A stretch of DNA of 64,000 nt, taken from positions 369,568 to 433,567 of the forward strand of contig QCMT01000001.1 in the NCBI GenBank assembly GCA_003213625.1, read 5' to 3'. Positions 1 to 9,043 of this stretch are shown here, in pieces. Numbering within the stretch: position 1 is the stretch's first letter; each line of letters starts with the position of its first letter. The DNA comes from OCS155 cluster bacterium AG-422-J23 (GTDB lineage Bacteria; Actinomycetota; Acidimicrobiia; Actinomarinales; Actinomarinaceae). Under the pieces are notes generated by a model. The model was not told the DNA's origin. It searched no databases and was given only the letters and a program-made list of their open reading frames with translations. A program made the translations under genes and the position numbers.

Positions 1-160
1 AATCTTCATTATCAAATAAATTTTTTTGTGAATTTTTTAAATAATCAAAATATTGTTCTAGATCATTTTTGTATGCCGTGGTTGTATGATCTGAATAGTT
101 TTTTACATTTTCAAGATAATTTATATATTTTTCTAGTAATTCTTTATTCTGTGTTTTCAA
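1..160 (-). CDS. Site-specific tyrosine recombinase XerC/XerD family, N-terminal part (partial, runs off the window)
   Basis: Minus-strand translation ...LLEKYINYLENVKNYSDHTTTAYKNDLEQYFDYLKNSQKNLFDNED matches the XerC/D N-terminal core-binding motif (YL..E+..S..T..AY..DL..F..FL). Possible TTG start near 158-160, overlapping the permease stop. Truncated at the window edge. Confidence 0.4.
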   Translation of the reverse strand, partial: MKTQNKELLEKYINYLENVKNYSDHTTTAYKNDLEQYFDYLKNSQKNLFDNED

Positions 161-902
161 GCCTTCGTTCCAACCTTCTTTGTAAACCTGAAAGCAATAA
201 TGTAATTATTAAGTAGAGAACTGTAAGAACAAGATATGTTTCTGCAAATCTAAACGTACTACCAGAATATAAACGACCTCTATAAGTTAAATCTTCAACT
301 GCTAAAACCGAAAGTAATGATGAGTCTTTCATCATTGATATGAAGTCATTACCCAATGCAGGAAGCATATTTCTAAAAGCTTGAGGTAACACAATAAATC
401 TCATTACTTGTCTTTCAGACATTCCTAGGGACGCACCACCTTCTCTCTGACCAACAGGAACTGATTCAATACCTGCTCTGAATACTTCAGCAATGTATGC
501 TCCATAAAATACCGACAAAGCAATTATTGCTCGAACTAACATTGGAACATTTCCATTATTAATATTTAAAAATTCAGCTACATCTACGACAACGACAAAA
601 GCAATGGTAAATATTAAAATCAGTACAGGGACACCGCGAATAAATTCAATATAAGTTCTTGAAATAGTACTAGCAATTCTATTTTTGGATATACGACCAA
701 TTCCAGAAACCAAACCAAGAAAAATTGCAATCAAAAAAGATACAACAGTGGAAAGAAATGTAATTCTTAAACCGGGAAGAATAAAATAAAAAGCCTTGTT
801 ATATTCAGGATTTGTAAAAATTGTAAACATCATCCAGAAAATGATTGATGCAAGTATTAATATCCACCAGTTTTCCGGTTTAAATAAGTTCTTTATTTTC
901 AT
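144..902 (-). CDS. Polar amino-acid ABC transporter permease (HisM/GlnP family)
   Basis: Multi-TM protein with the EAA-like ABC permease region (GIGRISKNRIASTISRTYIEFIRGVPVLI). Lies next to a family-3 substrate-binding protein. Confidence 0.85.
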   Translation of the reverse strand: MKIKNLFKPENWWILILASIIFWMMFTIFTNPEYNKAFYFILPGLRITFLSTVVSFLIAIFLGLVSGIGRISKNRIASTISRTYIEFIRGVPVLILIFTIAFVVVVDVAEFLNINNGNVPMLVRAIIALSVFYGAYIAEVFRAGIESVPVGQREGGASLGMSERQVMRFIVLPQAFRNMLPALGNDFISMMKDSSLLSVLAVEDLTYRGRLYSGSTFRFAETYLVLTVLYLIITLLLSGLQRRLERRLENTE

Positions 903-920
903 TTCTTACCATATTAAAGC

Positions 921-946
921 AATAGGCACGGACTTCCGTGCCTATT
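921..946. promoter_or_regulatory. GC-rich intercistronic stem-loop between the SBP and permease genes (aataggcacgga-ct-tccgtgcctatt)
   Basis: Perfect 12-bp inverted repeat in an otherwise AT-rich spacer. No clear U-tract. Likely an mRNA-stabilising or partial-terminator hairpin setting SBP:permease stoichiometry. Confidence 0.45.
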
Positions 947-975
947 ACAAATTTAAATTATGTTTAATTTAAAGG

Positions 976-1875
976 TTAAACTTCACAGCCATCTGGACGA
1001 TATTCTTCTGGAATGTTTTCATCACATTCTGCAATATCATCATAGGTTACTGAGAAATCTGGTGAGAAAAACTTATTATTTATCTCTTTAAGTTTTCCGT
1101 TAGCTTCCATTTCAGCCAAACCTTGATTTATGACATCTACTAATGGACTTCCATTAGGAAATGCGAAACCAAGCTGTTCGGATGTTAGATCTTCACCAAC
1201 TAATTTAACCTGATCTTTATTAGCTCCCATATACCCAAGACCAGCAGTTTCATCAATTATTGATGCATCTGCGTCTCCTGAAATGACAGCTTGAATAGCA
1301 AAGTTGAAGTCATCAAAAGCCTGAACTTTATCCTCACCAAGTGCTGAAACAGCAAATTCATAGTTTGTTGTTCCTTTTTGAGTAGCAACTGTATAGTCAC
1401 CATCTATAAGATCTTGGAGACTTGTAATTTCAGTATTACCTGAAGCTACAAGGACTCTTTGAGCTAAATTAATATAACCGTTTGAAAAATCAACAATTTC
1501 ATCTCTCTCTTCAGTTATAGTTATTCCATCACCTGCGATCATAAACTGACCGTCAGCTGTAGCTTGAATCATTCCGTCCCAAGCTGTTGGAACATAAACA
1601 GGTGTAAAGTTCATTAATTCACCCATATAGTTAAATACATCATAATCCCAACCCATTGCTTCGCCAGTTTCAGCGTCAATGTAGTTGAACGGTAAGTATG
1701 CATTTTCTACGGCAAATGTGAACTCACATCCGTCAAGATCTGGTAAACCATTTTCACCAGTTGTAATTTCTACTTCATCACAAGGAACTGCCGCACTAGA
1801 ACATGCGGTTGCAACCATTGCTAAAGCAAAAAATAAAATTAATGTCTTTTTACTTTTCAAGTTATAGACCTCCAT
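976..1875 (-). CDS. Amino-acid ABC transporter substrate-binding lipoprotein (family 3)
   Basis: Lipoprotein signal (LILFFALAMVATACSS) and periplasmic-binding-protein fold motifs. Operon with the permease. Confidence 0.8.
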   Translation of the reverse strand: MEVYNLKSKKTLILFFALAMVATACSSAAVPCDEVEITTGENGLPDLDGCEFTFAVENAYLPFNYIDAETGEAMGWDYDVFNYMGELMNFTPVYVPTAWDGMIQATADGQFMIAGDGITITEERDEIVDFSNGYINLAQRVLVASGNTEITSLQDLIDGDYTVATQKGTTNYEFAVSALGEDKVQAFDDFNFAIQAVISGDADASIIDETAGLGYMGANKDQVKLVGEDLTSEQLGFAFPNGSPLVDVINQGLAEMEANGKLKEINNKFFSPDFSVTYDDIAECDENIPEEYRPDGCEV

Positions 1876-1932
1876 TTATATAAAATTATTATTGCATATC
1901 TATTCATTAATTTGAATAAATATTAATTTAAT

Positions 1933-2688
1933 TTATTCATCTAATGTATTTTTATATTCTGGTTGTCTTTTTTCTACAAATGCAGACATGCCTTCCATTA
2001 CATCAGAATGTACAAATCTGCTATTTTGATTGTCAGTTTCATTACTTAATGACTCATCAAAGTTTGTGTTTAAACCTTTTCTTATTTGATCTTTTATCAT
2101 GCAGATAGATATAAAACTTTGCTTGTCGAGAAGGCCAACTAAATTATCTAATTCACTATCTAGATCTGGTTTCTCTACTAGTTTGTAAAGAACTCCATAA
2201 TCATTTAGTGTATTACCGTTTATTTCAGTAGCAGTCATCATAAGCTCCTTGGCTTTCTGAACTCCAATTATTCTTGGTAGTATCCACGAACCACTAAAGT
2301 CTACAACTAGCCCTCTTCTTGCAAAGACTTCTATAAATCTTGTTTCAGGTGTAGCAATAATGAAATCACTAAGCAAGATCATGTTTGAAGCAGCACCTGC
2401 GCAAACACCATCTACAACAGCGATCACTGGTTTTTTACATTCCCATAACATCTTTGATGCTTCGGATACATCTTCCATAGATGCATTTAAATTTTCAGCT
2501 AATTGAGCACCGGAGGAGAAATTGTCATTAACTCTGTTTAAAACTAAATATTTTGAGTCACTTTTTTCAAATTCTTTAATTTTCTCTTTTAATTCTTTCC
2601 AATCATCAGCAGATATAGAATTAGAAGTTTTTGGACTATTAAAAGAAATAACCAAGCAGTTATTTGTTTCGTTACTTTCTAAAACCAT
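1933..2688 (-). CDS. Enoyl-CoA hydratase/isomerase (crotonase) family protein
   Basis: Crotonase fold motifs (VVDGVCAGAASNMILLSDFIIATPETRFIEVFARRGL). Confidence 0.8.
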   Translation of the reverse strand: MVLESNETNNCLVISFNSPKTSNSISADDWKELKEKIKEFEKSDSKYLVLNRVNDNFSSGAQLAENLNASMEDVSEASKMLWECKKPVIAVVDGVCAGAASNMILLSDFIIATPETRFIEVFARRGLVVDFSGSWILPRIIGVQKAKELMMTATEINGNTLNDYGVLYKLVEKPDLDSELDNLVGLLDKQSFISICMIKDQIRKGLNTNFDESLSNETDNQNSRFVHSDVMEGMSAFVEKRQPEYKNTLDE

Positions 2689-2774
2689 AATATAAATATT
2701 AATCAGTTTTTATATAGAATGTAGACATGGGTTTTGATCCGAATAAACCATATAAAGCTAACAAAGTAGATTAT

Positions 2775-2791
2775 GCAAATATCATATTTGC
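2775..2791. promoter_or_regulatory. 17-bp perfect palindrome gcaaatat-c-atatttgc upstream of the crotonase gene
   Basis: Seen directly in sequence, about 85 nt upstream of the minus-strand ORF start at 2688. Operator-like dyad symmetry. Confidence 0.3.
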
Positions 2792-2799
2792 GTTAATCA

Positions 2800-3402
2800 T
2801 CACCCTGGCGGTTGTTGCATGGGCCCTAAGTTAAAAGAAAGTCTATGGATATCACAAACTCCATATTTTTGAATCATATTTAAATGTTCTCTTGTTCCGT
2901 AACCTTTATTTTTTTCAAAAAAATATTGAGGATATTTTGATCCAAAATCTACCATTAAATTATCTCTATAGACCTTTGCAATAATACTTGCCAATGCAAT
3001 GGAGTAACTATTATCTTCTCCCCTAACCAGAGAAATGGAACCAAATTTGTCAATTTTGAAATGATCAACATAGACTTTATCTGATTTCTGATACAACTTA
3101 TTGATGGAATTTAACAACACTTCTTTGTTTGAGACAGATATGCCATTTTTGTCAATATGTAAATTTGAACATTCTGAAATAGAATATTCGATTCTATTAT
3201 CTTTTACCCTTTCATAAATTTCTTCTCTTTTTTTCGGAGATAATTTTTTAGAATCTTTTACATCACTTAATAAATCTAAATGTTGAAATTCAAGCTTTAC
3301 GGCAGCTCCAACAATAGGCCCAGCTAACGAACCACGACCAACTTCGTCAGCGCCGATAATTCTTTGATTTAGATTTTTGGCCCAATTTTGATCTTCAATC
3401 AT
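2800..3402 (-). CDS. rnhB: Ribonuclease HII
   Basis: Motif ADEVGRGSLAGPIVGAAV. Conserved position downstream of rplS-lepB. Confidence 0.85.
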   Translation of the reverse strand: MIEDQNWAKNLNQRIIGADEVGRGSLAGPIVGAAVKLEFQHLDLLSDVKDSKKLSPKKREEIYERVKDNRIEYSISECSNLHIDKNGISVSNKEVLLNSINKLYQKSDKVYVDHFKIDKFGSISLVRGEDNSYSIALASIIAKVYRDNLMVDFGSKYPQYFFEKNKGYGTREHLNMIQKYGVCDIHRLSFNLGPMQQPPG

Positions 3403-3880
3403 TTAAATTCTTGAATTCACTAAAAGGATATATTTTAAAATAGGCTTTACCAATTATTCTATCGCTTGAGATAGGACCAAACATTCTCGAATCGAAACTG
3501 TTCTCTCTGTTATCTCCTACAAGAAAATATTCATTATCAGATAATTTAATCTCAAATATATCTCCGTTGTTTGTATTTACGTTTTTGATTTCTAACTCAA
3601 TGTCATTAACGAAAATTGATCCATTACTTTCTAAATTTATCTGATCACCAGGTGTACCTACTATTCGCTTAATATATACTGTGGCTTGATCATTAACTTC
3701 ATTTTGAGTAATTAGATTCCATATTTTTAAATTACTAACCAAAAGGTCAGTGCTTAATGGAATTGAGGACTGTGGAGCGTAAAATACGACAATATCACCC
3801 AAATTATATTCGTAATTAATAATCTCATCTTTTACAACTAAAACTCTATCGTCAATATTTATATTGGGGAACATTGACAA
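3395..3880 (-). CDS. lepB: Signal peptidase I (the in-frame upstream region 3881-3988 encodes the expected TM anchor but has no canonical start codon)
   Basis: Catalytic-box motifs (KRIVGTPGDQI; GDNRENSFDSRMFGPI). The annotated ORF starts at TTG 3880. The frame stays open back to a stop at 3989-3991 and encodes a hydrophobic segment, TTILAAFVLATVLRTFLFQIYFIPS. Confidence 0.8.
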   Translation of the reverse strand: MSMFPNINIDDRVLVVKDEIINYEYNLGDIVVFYAPQSSIPLSTDLLVSNLKIWNLITQNEVNDQATVYIKRIVGTPGDQINLESNGSIFVNDIELEIKNVNTNNGDIFEIKLSDNEYFLVGDNRENSFDSRMFGPISSDRIIGKAYFKIYPFSEFKNLND

Positions 3881-3993
3881 GCTTGGAATGAAATATATTT
3901 GAAATAAGAATGTTCTTAAAACAGTAGCAAGTACAAAGGCAGCTAATATAGTTGTAAAATTTTTAAGAAATTTAATAATAATTTTATTTTACT

Positions 3994-4341
3994 TTAGGTA
4001 GTTCTGTCTTCTTTGATTTTTGCAGATTTTCCGATTCTATCTCTTAGATAATAAAGTTTTGATCTTCTTACTTTACCTTTACGAGTAACCTCTATTGAAT
4101 CAATAATTGGTGCATGTATTGGAAATATTCTTTCAACACCAACTCCAAAAGAAAGTTTACGGACTGTTATCGTTTTGTTTACAGTAACACCTTTTAAAGA
4201 GATAACAACACCCTCGTAGGTTTGAATTCTCTCTCTATTGCCCTCAGAAACTTTGACATTAACTTTTACAGTATCACCAGCTTTAATATCAGGTAAATCT
4301 TTTTTTAGTTGATTGTTTTCAATTTCTTGTATTAAATTCAT
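3994..4341 (-). CDS. rplS: 50S ribosomal protein L19
   Basis: Typical L19 sequence and length (115 aa). trmD-rplS synteny. Confidence 0.95.
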   Translation of the reverse strand: MNLIQEIENNQLKKDLPDIKAGDTVKVNVKVSEGNRERIQTYEGVVISLKGVTVNKTITVRKLSFGVGVERIFPIHAPIIDSIEVTRKGKVRRSKLYYLRDRIGKSAKIKEDRTT

Positions 4342-4377
4342 GTTCCCTCAGATTGAAATTATAGATATAAAAAGAGT

Positions 4378-5016
4378 TTAAATGTCTTTTAAATTATTCT
4401 TTTTCCATTCTTCAATTCTTTTATGATCGCCAGATAGCAAAACTTCAGGAACATTAAGTTTTTCATAAATTTCGGGTCTTGTATACACAGGAAAATCAGA
4501 TTTGTTGTTTATAAATGATTCATTTGTTAGAGATTCTGAATTCCCAAGAATTCCTGGAATTTTTCTTACTAGAGCTTCAATTAAAAACATCGCAGGAATC
4601 TCTCCGCCAGAAACAACCGTCTGTCCGATCGCAATTTCATAATCGCTGTGCATTTCGATTATTCTTTGATCAAAGCCTTCATATCTTCCACAAATAATAT
4701 TCGCTGATTCATATCCATGAAGATCTTGTATCAAATCTTCATTTAATTGTTGTCCGCTTGGTGTTAAGAAGATGTTGATATCTTTCTTTGATTCCTTAAT
4801 TGCATTATCTAAAGGCTCAACCATTAATACCATACCTGGTCCTCCACCGTATGGAGCGTCATCCACTTGTTTATAAGAACCAATGCCATAGTCTCTTAAA
4901 TTAGTGCTGCTAAATTCAAATAATTTTTCTTCAATACCATGGGAAAGAACGCCAACATTAATCCAATTTTGAAATATCTCAGGGAATAAAGTAATAACGT
5001 TAAAGTTTGATAACAT
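4378..5016 (-). CDS. trmD: tRNA (guanine37-N1)-methyltransferase
   Basis: SPOUT TrmD motifs (VITLFPEIF...GGGPGMVL). Confidence 0.95.
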   Translation of the reverse strand: MLSNFNVITLFPEIFQNWINVGVLSHGIEEKLFEFSSTNLRDYGIGSYKQVDDAPYGGGPGMVLMVEPLDNAIKESKKDINIFLTPSGQQLNEDLIQDLHGYESANIICGRYEGFDQRIIEMHSDYEIAIGQTVVSGGEIPAMFLIEALVRKIPGILGNSESLTNESFINNKSDFPVYTRPEIYEKLNVPEVLLSGDHKRIEEWKKNNLKDI

Positions 5017-6871
5017 TCTCTAAATTTGAAATTGCAGACAAGCTCTTTTTTTCTGTATAAAGAGTATTTCTTAAAAAAGGCTTCTTATTACTTTTCTCAA
5101 TAAGTTCAACAAATTCTATATCAGTTGTGTGCTGACCGTGATCAGCACCTGAAGCTCTACTAATATTTTCATTGATTAGTGTTCCACCAAGGTCATTTAC
5201 ACCTGCATGAAGTAGTTTTGAAGCACCATCGTGTCCCAGTTTTACCCAACTTGCCTGAATATTATCGATTAAACCGTAAAAATAAATTCTTGCAAGAGCA
5301 TGGATTAAAGTTACTTCATCCCAAGTAGGTCCTGGCATGCTTTTTCCTTGAAGAAAAATTGGCGAACCCATGTGAACAAAAGGCAATGGAACTATTTCAG
5401 TAAAGCCCATTGTTCTCTTTTGAATTCTTTTAATTAAATCAAAATGATTGACCCAAGATTTTACATCATCAATGTGACCAAACATAATTGTTGCAGTAGA
5501 TTTAATTTCTAAAGAATGGGCCACTTCCATAACATATCCCCATTGTTCAGATGTAATTTTATCTGGACATAAGTATTTTCTTATTCTGTTATCAAGTATT
5601 TCAGCTGCTGTCCCTGGTAGTGTATTTAATCCTGCATCCTTAAGTAGAGTTAGGTAATCTTCGACACTTAAATTTATAGTCTCAGCACCCTGCCAAATTT
5701 CTAAAGGAGTAAATCCATGTATATGTAAATCAGGTACTTCTTTTTTAATCTGTTTTACAAGTTCTAAATAAAATTTACCCGTGTACTCAGGATGAATACC
5801 CCCTTGCAAGCATACTTCAGAAGCTCCGTCTTTAAATGCTTCGACACTTCGTTTCACAACTTCTTGTGGCTCTAAATTGTATGGTTTTTCTTTGAGGTTA
5901 AGACTTTTTGGTCCTTTTGAGAATCCACAAAAGCCACACTTAAAATAGCATTGGTTTGTGTAGTTAATATTACGATTTTTAACAAAAGTTACATCATCTT
6001 TATTAATTGATCGATTTAAATTATCTGCAACTTCTGCGATTTTGTTTATGTACTTACCAGACGTTTTAAAAAGTTCTTCTAATTCATCATTACTAATCTC
6101 ATTTCCTTCTTGAGCTTTAGATAAGATTTTTTCAAAATTAGTTGATTTGAAGGAAGATGAAACGTTATATGTTAATCCATTTAGTTTAGGAATTTCCTTT
6201 CCAGAGCCTGGAGACCAATTTGTAGGAAATCGTTTATACCCTCTTACATCTCGTAATTGTAAAAAATTAGTAAATTGAATTTTTGATAGTAATTTTCGAG
6301 CTTTATTTACATCAACAAGAGAAAATAGTGTTCTCTCGAATAATTCAAAGTTTGAATTATTTTTTAATTCTTTTATCTCTTTATAACTCCAGTCTCTTAG
6401 CCAGAGATCTTGCACTCCTTTTGCCATAGATTCCTTTGCCTCCTCTATGGAGTTAACATATTTTGATATTTTAAAATTAAGTGAAGGTTGAATACTCTTT
6501 AGAAATTTTATGTTTTCTAAATCTGTTAGAAGTACAAAGGATGGATTTAATCGTGTAATTGCTTCAATATCATTTTCTAAATTATTAGAGGATCTATAAA
6601 CTATCCTATGGGAATCAACATCTTCAAATTCTTTCCAATTTTTGTAAGTTACAAACCATTGAAATGATTCATCAAGTTTGGTGTCTGAAATTGTTTGAAA
6701 ATCTTTTTTATGTATTTTTTCAAGATCAACTGGTTTGTCTATGTAAAAAGATGAAGTTCCCTCTTTTTTTCTTGAATTTAAATAAATTTCATTATCTGAA
6801 TCACACGGACGAATCCTCAGAAAAGATATGTTATTTTGTAAATTCATGTTCTTTTGGGTATCCATTTTCAT
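5000..6871 (-). CDS. cofH: FO synthase subunit 2 (CofH-like radical-SAM protein) with a roughly 240-aa N-terminal extension of unknown function
   Basis: Radical-SAM CxxxCxxC (CYFKCGFCGF) followed by a CofH-like body. Paired with cofG upstream. 623 aa against about 380 for a typical CofH. Confidence 0.7.
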   Translation of the reverse strand: MKMDTQKNMNLQNNISFLRIRPCDSDNEIYLNSRKKEGTSSFYIDKPVDLEKIHKKDFQTISDTKLDESFQWFVTYKNWKEFEDVDSHRIVYRSSNNLENDIEAITRLNPSFVLLTDLENIKFLKSIQPSLNFKISKYVNSIEEAKESMAKGVQDLWLRDWSYKEIKELKNNSNFELFERTLFSLVDVNKARKLLSKIQFTNFLQLRDVRGYKRFPTNWSPGSGKEIPKLNGLTYNVSSSFKSTNFEKILSKAQEGNEISNDELEELFKTSGKYINKIAEVADNLNRSINKDDVTFVKNRNINYTNQCYFKCGFCGFSKGPKSLNLKEKPYNLEPQEVVKRSVEAFKDGASEVCLQGGIHPEYTGKFYLELVKQIKKEVPDLHIHGFTPLEIWQGAETINLSVEDYLTLLKDAGLNTLPGTAAEILDNRIRKYLCPDKITSEQWGYVMEVAHSLEIKSTATIMFGHIDDVKSWVNHFDLIKRIQKRTMGFTEIVPLPFVHMGSPIFLQGKSMPGPTWDEVTLIHALARIYFYGLIDNIQASWVKLGHDGASKLLHAGVNDLGGTLINENISRASGADHGQHTTDIEFVELIEKSNKKPFLRNTLYTEKKSLSAISNLENVIKL

Positions 6872-7997
6872 TAACTACACTACTTACTTTTTCATAAATA
6901 CTTGGGCTTAACCAGTCTTTATTTATATACGAAGGATAGACAGGTAAACGAGGGATAAGATTTTGATCTGTTTTTTTAATTACACTTTTAAGTTCGATGA
7001 GATTTGGCCAATTATGATCTGGATTAACCCAATCAATTGTTTTTGGAGATATTCCTCCAAGATCATTTATTCCAGATTTTAAAAATAATTCAATATTGCT
7101 TGCTAAATTTGGAGGTATTTGTAAAGAAATGTGATTTGGCAAAAATAATCGTGTTGTTGCAATAATTCTCATAAATAGGTCGTTTACAATTTCTGAATGA
7201 TTCTTCATTAATGTATTTTGCTTGGCTCTGAAATTTTGAAGTATCACTTCCTGTATGGATGTATTAACTTCGCAGGTTTTAATAAGTTGATATATGTCTT
7301 GAATGATTTCATTTTTAGTATCAGTAATTCCTAACAATAGACCAGTGGTCATTGGATATTTTTCACTCATTGCATTTTCAAGAGTTTCTAATCTTAAGTT
7401 TATATCTTTAGTTTTTGCCCCATAATGTGCTTTACCTTTTTGAGATAAGTTTTTTGAAAAGGATTCAAGCATTAAGCCCCCAGATGGTGAATGTTGCCTG
7501 TATTCTTTAATTTCCTTTCTTGACATTAAACCAGGATTAATATGGGGAAATAAATGGTATTTCTCATTTACTCTTTTTGCATTTTCAATCAAGTAATCAA
7601 AAGTTGTACTAAAACCTAATCGTTCTAGCTCCTCTTTTGCAAAAGACCATTTAACTTCTGGTTTATCCCCGAGTGTAAAAAGAGCTTCAAAACATCCTGA
7701 TTTTTCTCCCACATTTGCTATCGCATCAACTTCTTCAAATGTAAGATAGGTACCTCCATCTTTGGGTGTTTTTACAAAAGTGCAATAAGCACAAGCGTCC
7801 TGACATAATGTTGTTAAAGGGATAAATACTTTAGGACTATAAGTAATTGTTTTACCAAAATTTTGAACTTTTATATCATAGGCCTTATCAAGTAACTCTG
7901 AAGTTGGAATGTTTCCAAAAATATAATTTTCAATTTTTTTATCTAAAGTAGACATAATTTTCAACAATTCGATAATATTATGATTTGATTGTACCAA
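6831..7997 (-). CDS. cofG: FO synthase subunit 1 (7,8-didemethyl-8-hydroxy-5-deazariboflavin synthase, CofG)
   Basis: Radical-SAM motif CQDACAYCTF and CofG-like length. Overlaps cofH by 41 nt in a different frame. Confidence 0.8.
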   Translation of the reverse strand: MVQSNHNIIELLKIMSTLDKKIENYIFGNIPTSELLDKAYDIKVQNFGKTITYSPKVFIPLTTLCQDACAYCTFVKTPKDGGTYLTFEEVDAIANVGEKSGCFEALFTLGDKPEVKWSFAKEELERLGFSTTFDYLIENAKRVNEKYHLFPHINPGLMSRKEIKEYRQHSPSGGLMLESFSKNLSQKGKAHYGAKTKDINLRLETLENAMSEKYPMTTGLLLGITDTKNEIIQDIYQLIKTCEVNTSIQEVILQNFRAKQNTLMKNHSEIVNDLFMRIIATTRLFLPNHISLQIPPNLASNIELFLKSGINDLGGISPKTIDWVNPDHNWPNLIELKSVIKKTDQNLIPRLPVYPSYINKDWLSPSIYEKVSSVVNENGYPKEHEFTK

Positions 7998-8032
7998 TAT
8001 TTTTGTAAAAAAACAGAAGTGAGGAATGGCAG

Positions 8033-9043
8033 TTGGTTAACGTATCTTTAGTTGGTTTCGGAAGAGTTGGAAGAGACATCTTTAGACAAACTCTTGAAGA
8101 AGACAATATAAATATCGTATCTGTATCTGATACTGCAGATAAAGATAATTTAATTTACTTACTTAAATACGATTCAATTTATGGAAAATTGCGTCATGAA
8201 GTAAATATCTCTGATGACACAATAACGGTTAATGGAAAAGAAACTATCTTTAATTCTTGGAAAAATGCAGATGAATCTGATTGGACGAGTCTAAATACAG
8301 ACATTGTCATATTAGCTACTGGTAAACCTCAAAATTTAGATGAAGCTCAAAGTCATATCTCTAAAGGTGCAAAGAAAGTATTTATAGCTTCAACTCCAGT
8401 TGATTTTTCAAATATTCCATTGCTCGTGTCTGGATGTAACGATGAATCTATCAGTTTGGAATCAGACATTATTTCTTTTGGCTCAAATACTGCAAATGCG
8501 GTTGGTCCCATTCTTAAAGTTATTGAGTCTGAGTATGGAATTAATGAAGTATTTTTAACAACGGTTCATGGATATTCAAATTCGAATCGTCTTGCTGATG
8601 TTGCGGGTGCTGGATTTAGAAAAAATCGAGCAGCTGGAGAAAATATCATTCCATCAGTTACTAATTCATCAAAAGTTATTGAGAGTGCATTACCAATGCT
8701 TAAAGATAAAATAGCTTCGTTTTCAATGACAGTACCCGTTCCAGATGGAAGTACGATCGATTTGACTTTGAATTTAAAAACTAAAACTTCTAAGGATGAG
8801 GTAAATAGTTACCTTGAGAAAGTAACCTCAGATAATTCGTTGAAAAATATTATTGGATTTACATATGATCCAATAGTTTCTTCAGATGTGGTTGGAAATT
8901 CTCTTTCTGGGTTAATTGATGGATTATCAACTATGTGTATTGATGAAGATAAATTAAAACTAATCATTTGGTTTGATAATGGATGGGGTTATGCCTCAAG
9001 AATCATTGAAGCCGTGAAATCATCGGAGGTACAATTTGAATAA
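8033..9043 (+). CDS. Glyceraldehyde-3-phosphate dehydrogenase-family paralogue lacking the catalytic cysteine (probable non-canonical enzyme or pseudoenzyme)
   Basis: NAD-binding GFGRVGR, TTVHGY and WFDNGWGY motifs are kept. The active-site S-C-T-T-N-C is replaced by SNTANAVGP (Cys149 to Asn, Cys153 to Ala). Confidence 0.75.
   Translation: MVNVSLVGFGRVGRDIFRQTLEEDNINIVSVSDTADKDNLIYLLKYDSIYGKLRHEVNISDDTITVNGKETIFNSWKNADESDWTSLNTDIVILATGKPQNLDEAQSHISKGAKKVFIASTPVDFSNIPLLVSGCNDESISLESDIISFGSNTANAVGPILKVIESEYGINEVFLTTVHGYSNSNRLADVAGAGFRKNRAAGENIIPSVTNSSKVIESALPMLKDKIASFSMTVPVPDGSTIDLTLNLKTKTSKDEVNSYLEKVTSDNSLKNIIGFTYDPIVSSDVVGNSLSGLIDGLSTMCIDEDKLKLIIWFDNGWGYASRIIEAVKSSEVQFE

Noticed and set aside
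28-216. 62-aa plus-strand ORF at the window start
   Set aside because: It overlaps the permease 3' end and the better-supported minus-strand XerC/D-like N-terminus. No motif.
6831-6871. Programmed frameshift joining cofG and cofH into a single FbiC
   Set aside because: There is no slippery heptamer or stimulatory structure in the overlap. CofG ends at a plausible C-terminus. Kept only as a possible sequencing artefact to check (see the cofG/cofH finding).
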